A DNA stretch of 50,786 nucleotides, filler included, from Bipalium vagum (Eukaryota), in assembly GCA_037834085.1 (NCBI GenBank). It is 3 parts of 3 records of this genome, joined end to end, with 100 filler letters (N's around TTAATTAATTAA, not from the genome) between each part and the next. Parts side by side here need not be neighbours in the genome. Positions count along the whole stretch, not along the records: positions 18,461 to 34,700 come from JBBMKC010120827.1; positions 34,801 to 50,786 come from JBBMKC010134449.1; 1 more part is not named here. One strand, 5' to 3'. Of this stretch, positions 24,125 through 35,784 are shown piece by piece. Positions within the stretch are counted from its first letter, which is position 1, and each line of letters begins with the position of its first letter. A program made the position numbers and the translations under genes. Under the pieces are notes generated by a model, which worked only from the letters and a program-made list of their open reading frames with translations, was not told the origin of the DNA and did not search any database.

Positions 24125-24570
24125 ACAAGTAGATTCACTCCATTGATTGCATTGTACATATCGCAGAATTTGATGGTATTTTGTAATAGAGTGTAGTGTA
24201 TGTCATTTTCTTTTGTCATTTGCCCTAATCTTCAAAATCAGGAAATATTAATGAACGCTTATTCTTATATCATTTGTTTATTTATTTCTATTAAAACTTA
24301 TATACATTGTTTGTTGAATAAATCTGTTTCAGTTTGACTTCATTTTTTTCTGTTCAACGTTATCTCCTATTTTGTGAATTTAAAAATATTTTAATAATAA
24401 GCGGAATTATTTTTTAAATTTACAAAGTATCCGGAAACGTGAAAAAATTGTCTGAATTTAAATATATATTTCCATGTATTTTTTATATCTTGACTTAACT
24501 TCATTTTTAAGTCAATTCTCGATTATCTTAATGATAACCTAATCAAAGATTTTTAAAAAACTTGTATATA

Positions 24571-25083
24571 TTAGGTCATAAAGTCTGAAATGAATAGACC
24601 AAACTTTTAATACCAAACTTTTATTAGTGAATTCTTTAACAAAGAACAATGGAATTATTAAAAACAACATCTTTCGTAAATATACATTCCTAACATTTTG
24701 TCGGTAATTCTGAAACTTCCTTTATCAAAACTTCTGGTTTGAGAGAATCAATAAATCGCCAAAAGGCGACCAAATTTGAGCTACACGAGTTGACACAACA
24801 TTTTCACCTTCCATCTCGCATAATTTTTCACCCTCGGTACTTGCACTGAAATCTTATTCTCAATATGTCCCAAAAGTATCTGAATTTTCATTCTTCCTAT
24901 ATTTATTAGAACTAATATAAAATCAATTATTATTCTACATCCGTAAACTTACCTATTCATAGAAAATTTAATTATCTTCAGTGATATTTTACTCAATTAA
25001 TTAAAATTTTTTAATTAAGTATACAATAATTTACTTTGAAATAATTTGATGTAAAAACGAAATTACTTATGACTCCCCCCTCA
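24571..25083 (-). mobile_element. Internally deleted mariner with a 56-nt intron-like segment (24897-24952) near the transposase start
   Basis: KLCEMEGENVVSTRVAQIW HTH fragment fused to the 3' fragment KGSFRITDKMLG. Termini share GTCATAA and are flanked by TA. Confidence 0.6.
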
Positions 25084-25224
25084 TATATTCAGAATTTTTA
25101 ATTGAGTACAGTTTGCAATTATATCCTCTTATAATATGCTAATTCGATACAAATGCCATTATTGACATGAGATCAAATTTTAGAAATTAAGTGACTTTTT
25201 TTGATTCTTTCTTCTAAAATTCAG

Positions 25225-25226
<2 letters not shown>

Positions 25227-25273
<47 letters not shown>

Positions 25274-25283
25274 TAATAATAAT
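25227..25283. repeat. (AAT)n microsatellite
   Basis: Near-pure run with one GAT. Confidence 0.95.
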
Positions 25284-26353
25284 TAAACTCATATTTCTAC
25301 TTGAAATAAATTTTACTAATAAATTAAATATATCTTTTATCAATTCTATTGTCGTCAACCAATGAAAACACATTTAGGATACGCCTGGTAATAAATAAAA
25401 TGTTTGAAAGTATTCATTGTCCAGTGATAATTAAAAATCGATCTTAATGAAAAAAACCAACAAAAACTAATATGATCATAATAAGAACTAAATATAAACA
25501 TGGTCTTACATACAAAATTGTAAGTTTATATATTTATTTGATTAGGTCTGAAATCATTATAAATTCAAATAAAACGTCAAAACACTTCAAATATAATATA
25601 ATATCAATAAAACTCATCACTTTATTAAACTTAAAAGTAAAAATGATCAGTTAAAAATCATTTAACCGCCTAGTCGTAATGGTTTAGATTGGCAAAATTC
25701 CGACGTAGTTTTTATACTTTTATTACAAAATATCAAACTACTATAGACAACTATATTTTGGGCGAAATAAATGGACATTTAATCCAATCATTAAAACAAT
25801 GTGGAATGTACATAAAATTTTTCAATAGAATTAACTTTACATATATATAACTTTAACTATATAAATTTCTGATAAGATTCAGTTAAACAATAGATAGGTT
25901 TTTTAGATAAAATATTTCCATTAAGCACATTTTCCCATTAAGCTTTTAAAAAGACTGGATTTCTTATTTTTTGAAAAGGCATTGTTTATATTTCAAACGG
26001 AAAAATAAACGAGTTTTTTAAGAAAAAAATTATTTTTCATTATTTTTGTTGTTTCTATTTTATTTCTATCTAACGAAATGTTAGCTCGTCTATAAGTAAA
26101 TTCTTGTTTAAATTTATCTCACTTATTAACTTTAAAACCTTGGGATTTCTAATTTTCATTTTGCGAAATAATTCAATTTAGAAAATTTTTCAAATATTTT
26201 CATAGATAAGGTAGCAAGTATTCATGAGTTGTTGAATTTAATAAATATGTAAGAATTCAAAGAAAGAAATATTGATATTAAAAAATTTTACTTATATTAT
26301 TTGGAGGGAGATATAGAATAAACTAAAATTTAGCTTGTTTAAAATCATATCTA

Positions 26354-27419
26354 CAGATGATTCTAAGTGACGCACATTTGGAATACTTAATTTTATGGAA
26401 TTAAATTCCAATCAAATAATTTTTTTTTTAAATTTTGGAATATTTAATATGTTCAATCAATATAAGAATTTTCTTTTATTTTAGTCAAGATCATGATATC
26501 CTTTGATGATCGAATTTTCCTCATAAAATGTTATTATTCAAGTAGAGAAATTCCAACAACAGGTTTATGCAAATTTAAGTAGAAACTTGGTGTAATAAAA
26601 AAGCCATACACAACTCAGAGCATAAAAAGACTAGTTGATAAAATCGAAAAAGCTGGCAGTGTCAATGATATGGCTAATTCAAGACGATCAATGTGGAATC
26701 GGGGGAGAATCATTGAAACGCAGTGTATCAGAACTTGGCTGCAGCTCCACTAGAACAATTTCAGATGACACAAACATCTCCAAGCCCAGTGTCCATCACA
26801 TTCTTCGAAAAAGGCAAATTTGCAAAAGCTGATGAATTTCAATTTTATATAAATGGTGCTATAAGCACCAAAAACTGTGTAATTTGGTCTGCGTACAACC
26901 CAAGAGCCTACATCATAATTCCTGCGCGTTCACCTTTTACTTCCAAGAAACTGTGAATGATGAACATTATATTTCGATGTCTAGAAATCATCTTCTTCCG
27001 AAATTGAGTAAGGCATTCCAGTCAGAACAACTTCGTAATGATGATATCATCAATTGGCATTTTCCTTACTTCTGCCCTCCTCGTTCTTCAGACCTCAATC
27101 CACGTGATTTCTGTCTTTGGGGTCACATACAGGCTGCAGTGTATCACCAAGATTTACAAAACACTGAAGAAAAGTTAATTTTTCGTGTCAGAGATGCAGC
27201 AAAAACCATGCATGTCATAAAGTAGCGGCAGCTATGATTCTTTGGTCCATCTGCTTAAATCCATCATCTCAGAAAATGGACAGAATTTTGAACATTTATT
27301 AAGAATTTTTACAATATTCCTCGTTTGAATTTTATATTTTACTAAACATTGCGTTAGTAACCCTACTTTTTTGTATATTAAATTGAGTTTTAATTGTGTG
27401 GCACTTACGAATCACTCTG
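26354..27419 (+). mobile_element. DD41D/rosa-like ITm element, degenerate, both ends present
   Basis: TA-flanked TIRs CAGATGATTCTAAGTGACGCACA and reverse complement CAGAGTGATTCGTAAGTGCCACACA. Motifs DEFQFYINGAISTKNCVIW and PPRSSDLNPRDFCLWGHIQAAVY (~WPPRSPDLNPCDFFLWGYLK). Confidence 0.85.
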
Positions 27420-28116
27420 TATTTCATAAACGTATAACATTTTATGACCAATATTCACCTGAAATATTCACCATGATATAAAATGATGTTCAAATAATAT
27501 GTTAATCGACTAAACTCACGAGTCACCTTATAAATCGTTTTCTCTGCGAAAACTGTTCTACTAAAATTTTTATTTCGTGCACAAATTTTTAAGTTTTATT
27601 TTTTTTCTTTGACTCATTATTCCGGAATATAAAGTAATCTATCAGGTTCATGTCATGAAAGTTTAAGATACACTTGATTGGTTTCTGATCTAAGAAAGAA
27701 TTTTTAAAATTCTTTGACTTATAAACTTCCTTAAAAAGGAATGGAGAAAGAAAAACCTTCGAAGAAAAGATAGGAAAGTTTTGTGAAAATTTTCGAGTGT
27801 ATTGTTCTAGTCTAAAAATTAATGGATTTTTATTGTTATTATTAAAATTCAAAGAGTTATGACAAAAAGGTACCTAGACTCTACCAGAAATATTCAACTG
27901 GAATCAACAAAAAACTCGTATACATTCATAGGTATTATTTCTCGACAAAACCTCCAATCTACCTTTCCATTGAAATCTAATCTATTAGAATTTTAAACCA
28001 ATCGTATATTTCATACTTATATATCATCATTATTTTAAGTACAAATTTTCATTTAACTATCTTCAATGTTTTTCGTATACTCTAAATACTTTTTTATCCA
28101 TATCACATATATTCTA

Positions 28117-29295
28117 TGGAGATGCAAAAGTTGGTACTCAAATTTTTTTTATTTACAATAATAAAACTACTCTTCAAAATGAAGTCCTCCAGCTTCAGTG
28201 ATTTTACGCCACTGATCTGCTAGCATTCTTATCTGGTCAAAGTACCAAGCATGATGCAAGATCTCAATTTCTTCCAGGTTTTCAATTTTTTCTTGGATGT
28301 TCTAACCAGGTGTGGCTTAGCATTGTTCTAGTGAAAAATGCCCGCTTTAGACGAAAGAGAACATTGTGATTCAACTTAAGTGCATCATAAAGACGATCAA
28401 GCTGCTGGCAAAAAAAACACTGCAATTATTGCTTTACCATTTGAAATCAGTTCATAATGAAGAGTTCCTTCAAAATTCCAACAGGCATACAGCAAGAACT
28501 TCCTGGCAAAACCTGGATTGACGTTGACTGAAGGCGGATATTGACCTCATGGAACCCACCATTTTCTCGGTTATGATTGACTAAGTATATCAACCTTTCA
28601 TCTGATGTAGCAATACAACTCCAAAAGTGATCATCTAGCGGGTTTTCAAGTCACTTTTTGGTCGCTTGCTCTTCACTTAGGTAGTGTGGATCTTATCGTG
28701 GTATTTTGTGAATAAAATCGAGTTGATGTAAATGTCTCAGGATAATTGTTTGATGTACACCAACATTTTGAGCTAAATCGCTTGAACCTAAAGAAGAAAC
28801 GCCTTTCAAGGCTGTTATCAATTTATCATCCACTAGCAGTGAAGGCCGGATTAAACGTGGCTTGTCTTCAAGGTTCAAATCTGCACTGTCGAAGCGCTTG
28901 AACCAATTAGTAGCAGTCCTCAGAGCTACAATTTCTTCACCTTCAAATTCGCGTAACTCTTTGAAATATCCCTCGTGCTCAAACCTCTTTTCAAATAGTG
29001 ACGCAACACTTATGTACACAACTTTTGCATCACCCTAGTATATTAGTACATTTTTTTTATTATGTCTCAAATCTCAATTAGTCATTTGATAATATTCACG
29101 ATTTCACAAACTTTAAATTGTTAAATATACACTTACCATCTACCGGTGCTATTAATTCATAATAATTTCAGAGATTCGATTCACAGATCACTCGAGGCAA
29201 ATGAAAATTAAGACAGTTTAACAACGGAATTTGTAAACTTAATAGTCTTTAAGTATTTAGCAGTAATTATGATAGATTTAAACTTTAACACACCG
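28117..29295 (-). mobile_element. Degenerate mariner with a split start (ATG exon + 102-nt intron) and an internal TIR copy
   Basis: RTATNWFKRFDSADLNLEDKPR, TSDER, NNAKPH. ATG at 29139-29137 is followed by GTAAGT, and the TAG acceptor at 29035 is in frame with ORF 28693-29019. The outer boundary at 29295 is tentative. Confidence 0.75.
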
Positions 29296-30140
29296 TATAG
29301 TACTATAATTTATTTATACATTTTATATCAACAAACATAAAATCAGAGATTGAAATGTTCAGGTATGATTTTGTCATTGTTTCTATCACAATGGTTTTAA
29401 GATTCCTTCCATTATGAAAAGAAATAATTAAAAACCACCGTGAAATAATGTACCATTATTCTTCTTAAGCATTACAGCTTAACAAAAATTGTAATTTTCC
29501 AGAATTTTGATTCAGGTCTATTTTATAAATATATGAAAGTAAAGTAAATATTATGTTATGAAAGTAAAGCACACGTCTTAAGATAAAATGTTGGTGACGT
29601 TAATAAATTTAAAAAATTTCATAAAATAAAATTTTATAAAAATAAATATTAATTTAATTGTTAATGAAAATCTATAATCTATAAAATTGTGAAACAATCA
29701 TTGTGCTTTACATGGATGCAATTGATATCGAAAATGGAAATAACTTAGCAATCACTAGCAATGATTAAGAATGGAAAAATATAACAAACGAAATCACGGA
29801 ATATAAGTGTATTAAACTTTGAGTTGATTAAAATAATAATAATATAAATAAAATTATTGCTAAATTATAAAAAAATAATAAAATTTTAGGAGAATAAATA
29901 TACAATAAATTAATTAAATAATTCATAAATTATCTCCTTTATTCTCTTTCTTAAAATCATTTAAATAAGAAAAAAACATGAAAAACTGGTTTCACTGAAA
30001 TCAAGCTTATTCAAAATACAGGCATATACACATACGCATGTCAGCAACCATAGATACAGAATACACACATGCTAGGTACAGAGTAACAAACGGTTTTAAT
30101 TCGTGATACATGATTCGTCCAAGGGTGAAACAGCAGTTGT

Positions 30141-30162
30141 TATAAAATGCTATCTGATTGGC
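30141..30162 (+). promoter_or_regulatory. Possible DEGS1 promoter elements (TATAAAA and inverted CCAAT box CTGATTGGC)
   Basis: Located 60-80 nt upstream of the ATG in a locally GC-richer patch; motif match only. Confidence 0.3.
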
Positions 30163-30222
30163 TGCTGACAAGGTCAAATAATTTTGACAAAATTCTCATT
30201 GTGTCATCATTTTTATTTTCAT

Positions 30223-30304
30223 ATGGGACAACAAGTGACGCGTTTGGATTTTGAATGGGTCTATACCGAAGAGCCCCATGCATCAAGGAGAAAGAAAATC
30301 ATGG
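30223..30304 (+). CDS. DEGS1: Sphingolipid delta-4 desaturase, first coding exon (partial)
   Basis: [27 protein letters not shown] matches the DES1 N-terminus, including the myristoylation-type MG start. 82-nt exon followed by a GTAAGC donor. Exon 2 not found before the contig end. Confidence 0.9.
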
Positions 30305-30574
30305 GTAAGCCTTTTTTCATTTATTTTTTCATTATCTCTTTGAACGTTTCCATTTTTATTTTTGATTAAATCTACTATATTGATTGGATTTTAGCCCAAG
30401 ACAATTTCGTGATAATTAGCGATTAGATTATCGATATTTTTCAATTAGGAAAAGATATTTCTACCAATTTGATGCTTATTCATGATTTTTTGCATATTAT
30501 GTTGAGAAATTATTTTTCCTTAAAAATATTGATTTTAAGAATTTTTTAGTTTCAATGATGAATTTTTACACGAT

Positions 30575-31400
30575 CTATACACATTCTGAACAGGTTTATG
30601 TAAACTACCAACTGGTGGCGTTATTTGATGTTTTAAAGTTAATGCTTTTAAAAAGTTTTATTAAAAAATCAATTATATTAAAAGAATTGCGTGAATAAAT
30701 TTATAATGATTTTAGTTTGAACAATTATGTCGATTTTTTATATTACAAATCGGTGAGCTTTGATTTAATAAAAATAATCACGATTTGTAAGGACGAAACT
30801 TTTTCAACGTTTTGCGAGTTTATTCATACCCTCTTTGAAGAAGTACTAGTCAGAGGATTCAATGAGGCAAATGGATTTTGGACATCTCGATTTTTAGAAA
30901 AAGATGTTAATTTGTAGATATATCTGGGGAGTAATGTAGTTGAGATAAAGTATTTTAACACAGTTCCTGTAATTTCTATATGTTATTTTGACAGGTGCTG
31001 AGCATTATTATGGTAAAAAACCAATGTACTCTTACGATTCACTAATACTGTTTGATTGTGTTTAATTTTTTTCGAGGGAAAATTTATTAACAATAACATT
31101 TATGGTGATACTTTCTTCAGTTCCAAAGAAATCATAATGAGTTATACGAGTCATACACCACCAAACACTAATCATTATTTTTCACATTGGAATTGTAATT
31201 AGCCAAATATCTTTGTCCAATCACTCACCGGTACGTCTGGAGTATTCATATAATATCAAAATCTCATATCAAGTAATTATTATTTTCAGATCTTTATTTT
31301 GGTTTTTTAACAATAAAGGCGAGCATATTGATAGACGCTGAATTTTTGCATTATTTACCTGATATTATGAGGCACATCTTTTTGAAACTTTTTGATTTTT
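30575..31400 (-). mobile_element. Decayed mariner in DEGS1 intron 1
   Basis: Minus strand QRLSICSPLL..IIT*YEILILY and VNRKSTLVFYHNNAQH, with many stops. Confidence 0.6.
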
Positions 31401-34400
31401 CCAATTTGTCATATTCGCAAAAGTTTTATAGCTAGCATAAAAAGCCCAGTGATTTGTTCAAAACCCACGATCAAATTATTTAATTAAAAGGATCATCTTA
31501 AAATTATCAAACAAATAATATAAAGTCCTTTTGAAAACGAGGTTTTTTCAAAAACATTTTACTAAATTTTTTAACAAAATTGTTTGAATAAAAAATTTTT
31601 AATATTTTAACAAAGATCTGATTGATTTTCCTTGAACTTTGGATTGTTTAAGATGATAAATTTGATTCTAGGATTTCGTTAGCTTATTAATAAATTTATC
31701 TCTTTGTTGATTTATTATTATGATTTTATTAATATATTATTAAATCTAACAGTTACTGAATTTTGGCAATATTTAATCTTCTGTATCTATTTTCAAATTT
31801 GTCCAAAATTGAGATGATTTATGAACCAATTTATCAGTCTTAAGACATCGTTTCAGCTCTTCAGTTAGAATTCAATTATGATTAAACAACTAGCATTGCA
31901 CTAGAAAAAATATTTTTGTACCATAAAGCTTCTTCGTAAGCGAAATTGATTGCTGTCCGAAATTTTTACTTTTTTAACTTGTATATTTTAGAATAATTAC
32001 AAATTATAACTTTCCTTTCTATTTCTTTTTAAAAATGATAACAATTAATTTTACATTGTCCCCTTATTATTTATTCCTGTCTATCTCTGAAATATTTAAT
32101 AATTTACTTTATGATAAAAAACCAGACAGTAAACAATTTTCGAAACTTAATCATTTGCTTTTAAGAGGAAATTAATCAGTTTTTCACAATTTAAATTCTT
32201 TCAGTAACTCATTGACTATTTTACTTTACTGTTTATTAATCAGCTTCTTTGATGAAGGAAATAATCACAAATTGAAAGAAATTTACCATTTCCTCAAATA
32301 ATTTTGATTAATAATTTTTGCTTCTCGTCTTTAACTGCTTTTTATGAATCAAAGATGTCGAAATATCTTCATTCTGTTCAGGTTTGTCATTAATACTATA
32401 GTAAAAGATCCATATTTTTGATAAACGACTATATTTTTATTCTATTAATAATATTCGATCTATAAATTTTCAATAATAGAATTAATTATAAAAATTTAAT
32501 CGATCAAACAAAAAAGAATATTGGAATTTTATTCTGAATTTTTTTATGACGCTTAAAGTACATCACATGTAATTGTCAGTCAAAATCCATATTTTTCATA
32601 TAAAAGAAAGGTTTACATAGATTCAATTATACTTACTCAAGTCATATAGATTTCTGTATATATTATATTGTGTGTGAGATGAAAGTAAATCTGTGATTTG
32701 TTGGTTTGAAATATATGTTACCCATGTTAAGCATTTTCTTTAAAAAAATATTTCAAATTTTCTATACAAATTTGTGTATTCCACATAGTTTTAGAGGGAA
32801 AATAGATATCACATAAGCATCATTTGCGTCAATTGATACTGTTCTTCTTTTTTCGAGTTTATTTCTTGACTGGAATTATTAAGATCCTGAACAAAAGAAA
32901 TGGCTTAAAGACAAAAATTTTAAACCACTGATGGGTGAAAATCGGAATCAAAGTCAAAATGATCTTGTCAAATTGTTAAACTTTATTGATAATCGAAAAG
33001 TTAACATTAAAACCCATGGAAATAGTTTAAAAATTTCTCAATGAAATTGAAAAATAGTTTACTGACCGATCAATATCTAAAAATACAGTTTATTTACCAA
33101 ATGGGCTAAGTCACCAGCTCCATCAAAGATGGAGGTCCTTGATAGCCGTACCTATTGTTTCGAAAAATATATCTTCACATTTGTATTTAAATACAGACAA
33201 GATTGTAAAAATTGTTTAATAGGCGCATCTAATATATAGTCAACATTTTTAAAAAATTAAAATCGTTCAAAATTTTGAACAAATTGTTGTCTTATTTCAA
33301 GACAATTAATTTATGTTCACAACGAAAACCCTAGTTCACCTTTTAAGTCTTAAATGCTTTTTATTTATTAAATGCAATTATTTCTTTATACAATTAAAAA
33401 ATTTCTTTAATCTATGATTTTTAGCTAACTCACTTTAGGAAGTTTCTAATAAATGCAGTATTCATATTTATCAACCACGCCTAATTCATTAAAAGAAACA
33501 AATATTAGTATATTTTTTGACTTTCTAACTTTACATTATTGAAAAAAAATAACTGGAATTTTTACTTTATCATAAAATTGTTCAATAATATAGTTAAAAG
33601 TTTTGGGAAAATTTCAAAAAAAGTTATTTAAAATATCTTTTTTAAAAGGAAAATATTTTTTTTATTTTGGCTCACTTTACATTATATATAAAAACAGAAT
33701 TTGTCTACATTATTAAGTCCTTTCTAAAAACCTTAGAATAAACTGAAAATCTGTTGATGAAATTTCCTTTAATTTTTGTCTTTTCTCTATTTTACTCAGG
33801 CAAGGAAAAAGTAAAGCACTTAACATTTCACTACATGATATAGTTGATACGAAATAAACATATGAGGAATACTTCCGAACTTGAAATTATTTCCTCTTGA
33901 TTAATTTATTTTCAGTTTAATAATATATTCGTCTTTTGCTTTTCCTTCACTATAATTTACTTTATAATTTTAGCCACTTTCAATGACTTGTTAGATTGTA
34001 GTGTTACGTGCTTTAGAAAATCTTGCCTTTACTTTCAATTAAGAATATATTTATAATTAATAGTACTATTAATTATATTTTTAGATGATTGGATAATTGA
34101 TAACATTTGGTGAATTCTTTGTAAAATTTATTAATATTTTTTATTGTAATAAAATAATTATATTTAGGATGATTTTATCGTTATGTTTAGTTTGTTGTTA
34201 TACCGTATAGTCACAGTATAGTTCAATTTGTAACAAAATAAATGGCTGTTTTTAAGTTGTGATTTATAAATGAATAGATTCTGTCATAATGAAGTGGAAT
34301 TAACCGAAACTGAAAGTTTTCCAAATAATTCTGAAAAGCTGATGTTTCGCAGAAAGATGTCACTAAGAAAATGTGATTTTGACTATTTAGTAAAACGCTA

Positions 34401-34627
34401 AATTGATGTGCTTTATTAAAGAAAGCTGTAATAAACCAGAAAGGTAAAAAGCCACAGAATAGTCGGCAAAACCTTAGGCTTAGGAACTATTTACTTTAGG
34501 ATACTGAAACAAAACTTTGTAAACCTTTATAGAAAACATTCATTTTTTTCAGTTATTATACATAAAATAATTCTTTTATCAATGAAATATTGAGTAGAGA
34601 CGATAAATGTTTTAAAAGTAAGCTATT

Positions 34628-34629
<2 letters not shown>

Positions 34630-34700
<71 letters not shown>
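34630..34700. repeat. (AAT)n microsatellite at contig end
   Basis: Pure run abutting the linker. Confidence 0.97.
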
Positions 34701-34800
34701 NNNNNNNNNNNNNNNNNNNNNNNNNNNNNNNNNNNNNNNNNNNNTTAATTAATTAANNNNNNNNNNNNNNNNNNNNNNNNNNNNNNNNNNNNNNNNNNNN
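34701..34800. other. Artificial contig linker N44-TTAATTAATTAA-N44
   Basis: Identical to 18361-18460. Confidence 0.97.
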
Positions 34801-34851
34801 TGATCTAAATTTAATCTGGATGAGGACAAAAGATTAATAAGAATAATAATA

Positions 34852-34903
<52 letters not shown>
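34852..34903. repeat. (ATT)n microsatellite
   Basis: Pure run. Confidence 0.95.
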
Positions 34904-34905
<2 letters not shown>

Positions 34906-34958
34906 CATTTAAATTAATATTTAATTTTAAATGATTAATATTTTTGGTTGTCATCATC

Positions 34959-35336
34959 TTAACCTGCTAAAGATTTGTTCTGTGTATCTGGCAATGGATG
35001 TAGGTTAATACTGCCAAATGTTCTTTCTTTTTCTTCGATTTCTGCTGACCCTTGACTACTTGAAGTTTTATCAGTTGAATTAGTGTTCTGACTACCACTA
35101 CTATTTTTACTCTCATTAGATAATGTGCTAGTTTGGCCTTCTGTTAAAGTAGATGATTTTACTGTTGCTCCACTATCAATAGAACTTTGTCTGTCTTCAA
35201 TAAGAAACGATTTTCTAAAAATATATTCAGGCTTTGCTTTCCGATAAAATAAAATTATCTTAAACTACAATAGAAATTCTCACTTTTCCATTTCAATCGT
35301 ACAATTCTGCCTTTGAATTCTATTTGTTTTGTTCAT
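34959..35336 (-). CDS. Unknown Ser/Thr-rich protein; exons 35336-35284 and 35214-34959 (102 aa, or continuing via a donor at 34963)
   Basis: MNKTNRIQRQNCTIEMEK, then a 69-nt phase-2 intron GTGAGA...TTTTAG, then 84 open codons KSFLIEDRQSSIDSGATVKSST...LHPLPDTQNKSLAG in a GC-richer island. Absent from the ORF track. Confidence 0.6.
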
Positions 35337-35784
35337 TTTACATTAGAAAAATCACAAAATAAATAATGAAATGACATAAAACATATCAATAATCTAGATA
35401 AACATTAATATTCAACAATCTATATATTATATGGTTAATTAAATTGATTTAACTTAAGAAAAAAACATTAAAATATTATTAATAGTTTTTATTACATTTT
35501 TATTAATTCTTGTAAATAAAAAGATTAATCATTTTATTATTTTACTTTGATAACATTTATTATCAAGAAATTCTGATAATTTAATAGTTAATTAATATTT
35601 GATTTACATGAAGAATATTAATGTAAAATATCAAGCACTTTTAATACATTACCATTAAATTAAGTTTTCTTTTGTTTTTGGTAAATTAATATAATTTTAC
35701 ATCTTTAAGGTAATCTGAAAAAATTATTATTTATCTAATATTCAAGTCTTGTCAACTATTAATAATATGGGGAAAAATTATTAT

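Noticed and set aside
24013-24219. 68-aa minus-strand ORF
   Set aside because: Antisense shadow of the final M13 peptidase exon (24025-24124, plus strand).
25662-25710. TTAA-CCGCC possible piggyBac end
   Set aside because: No matching opposite terminus found.
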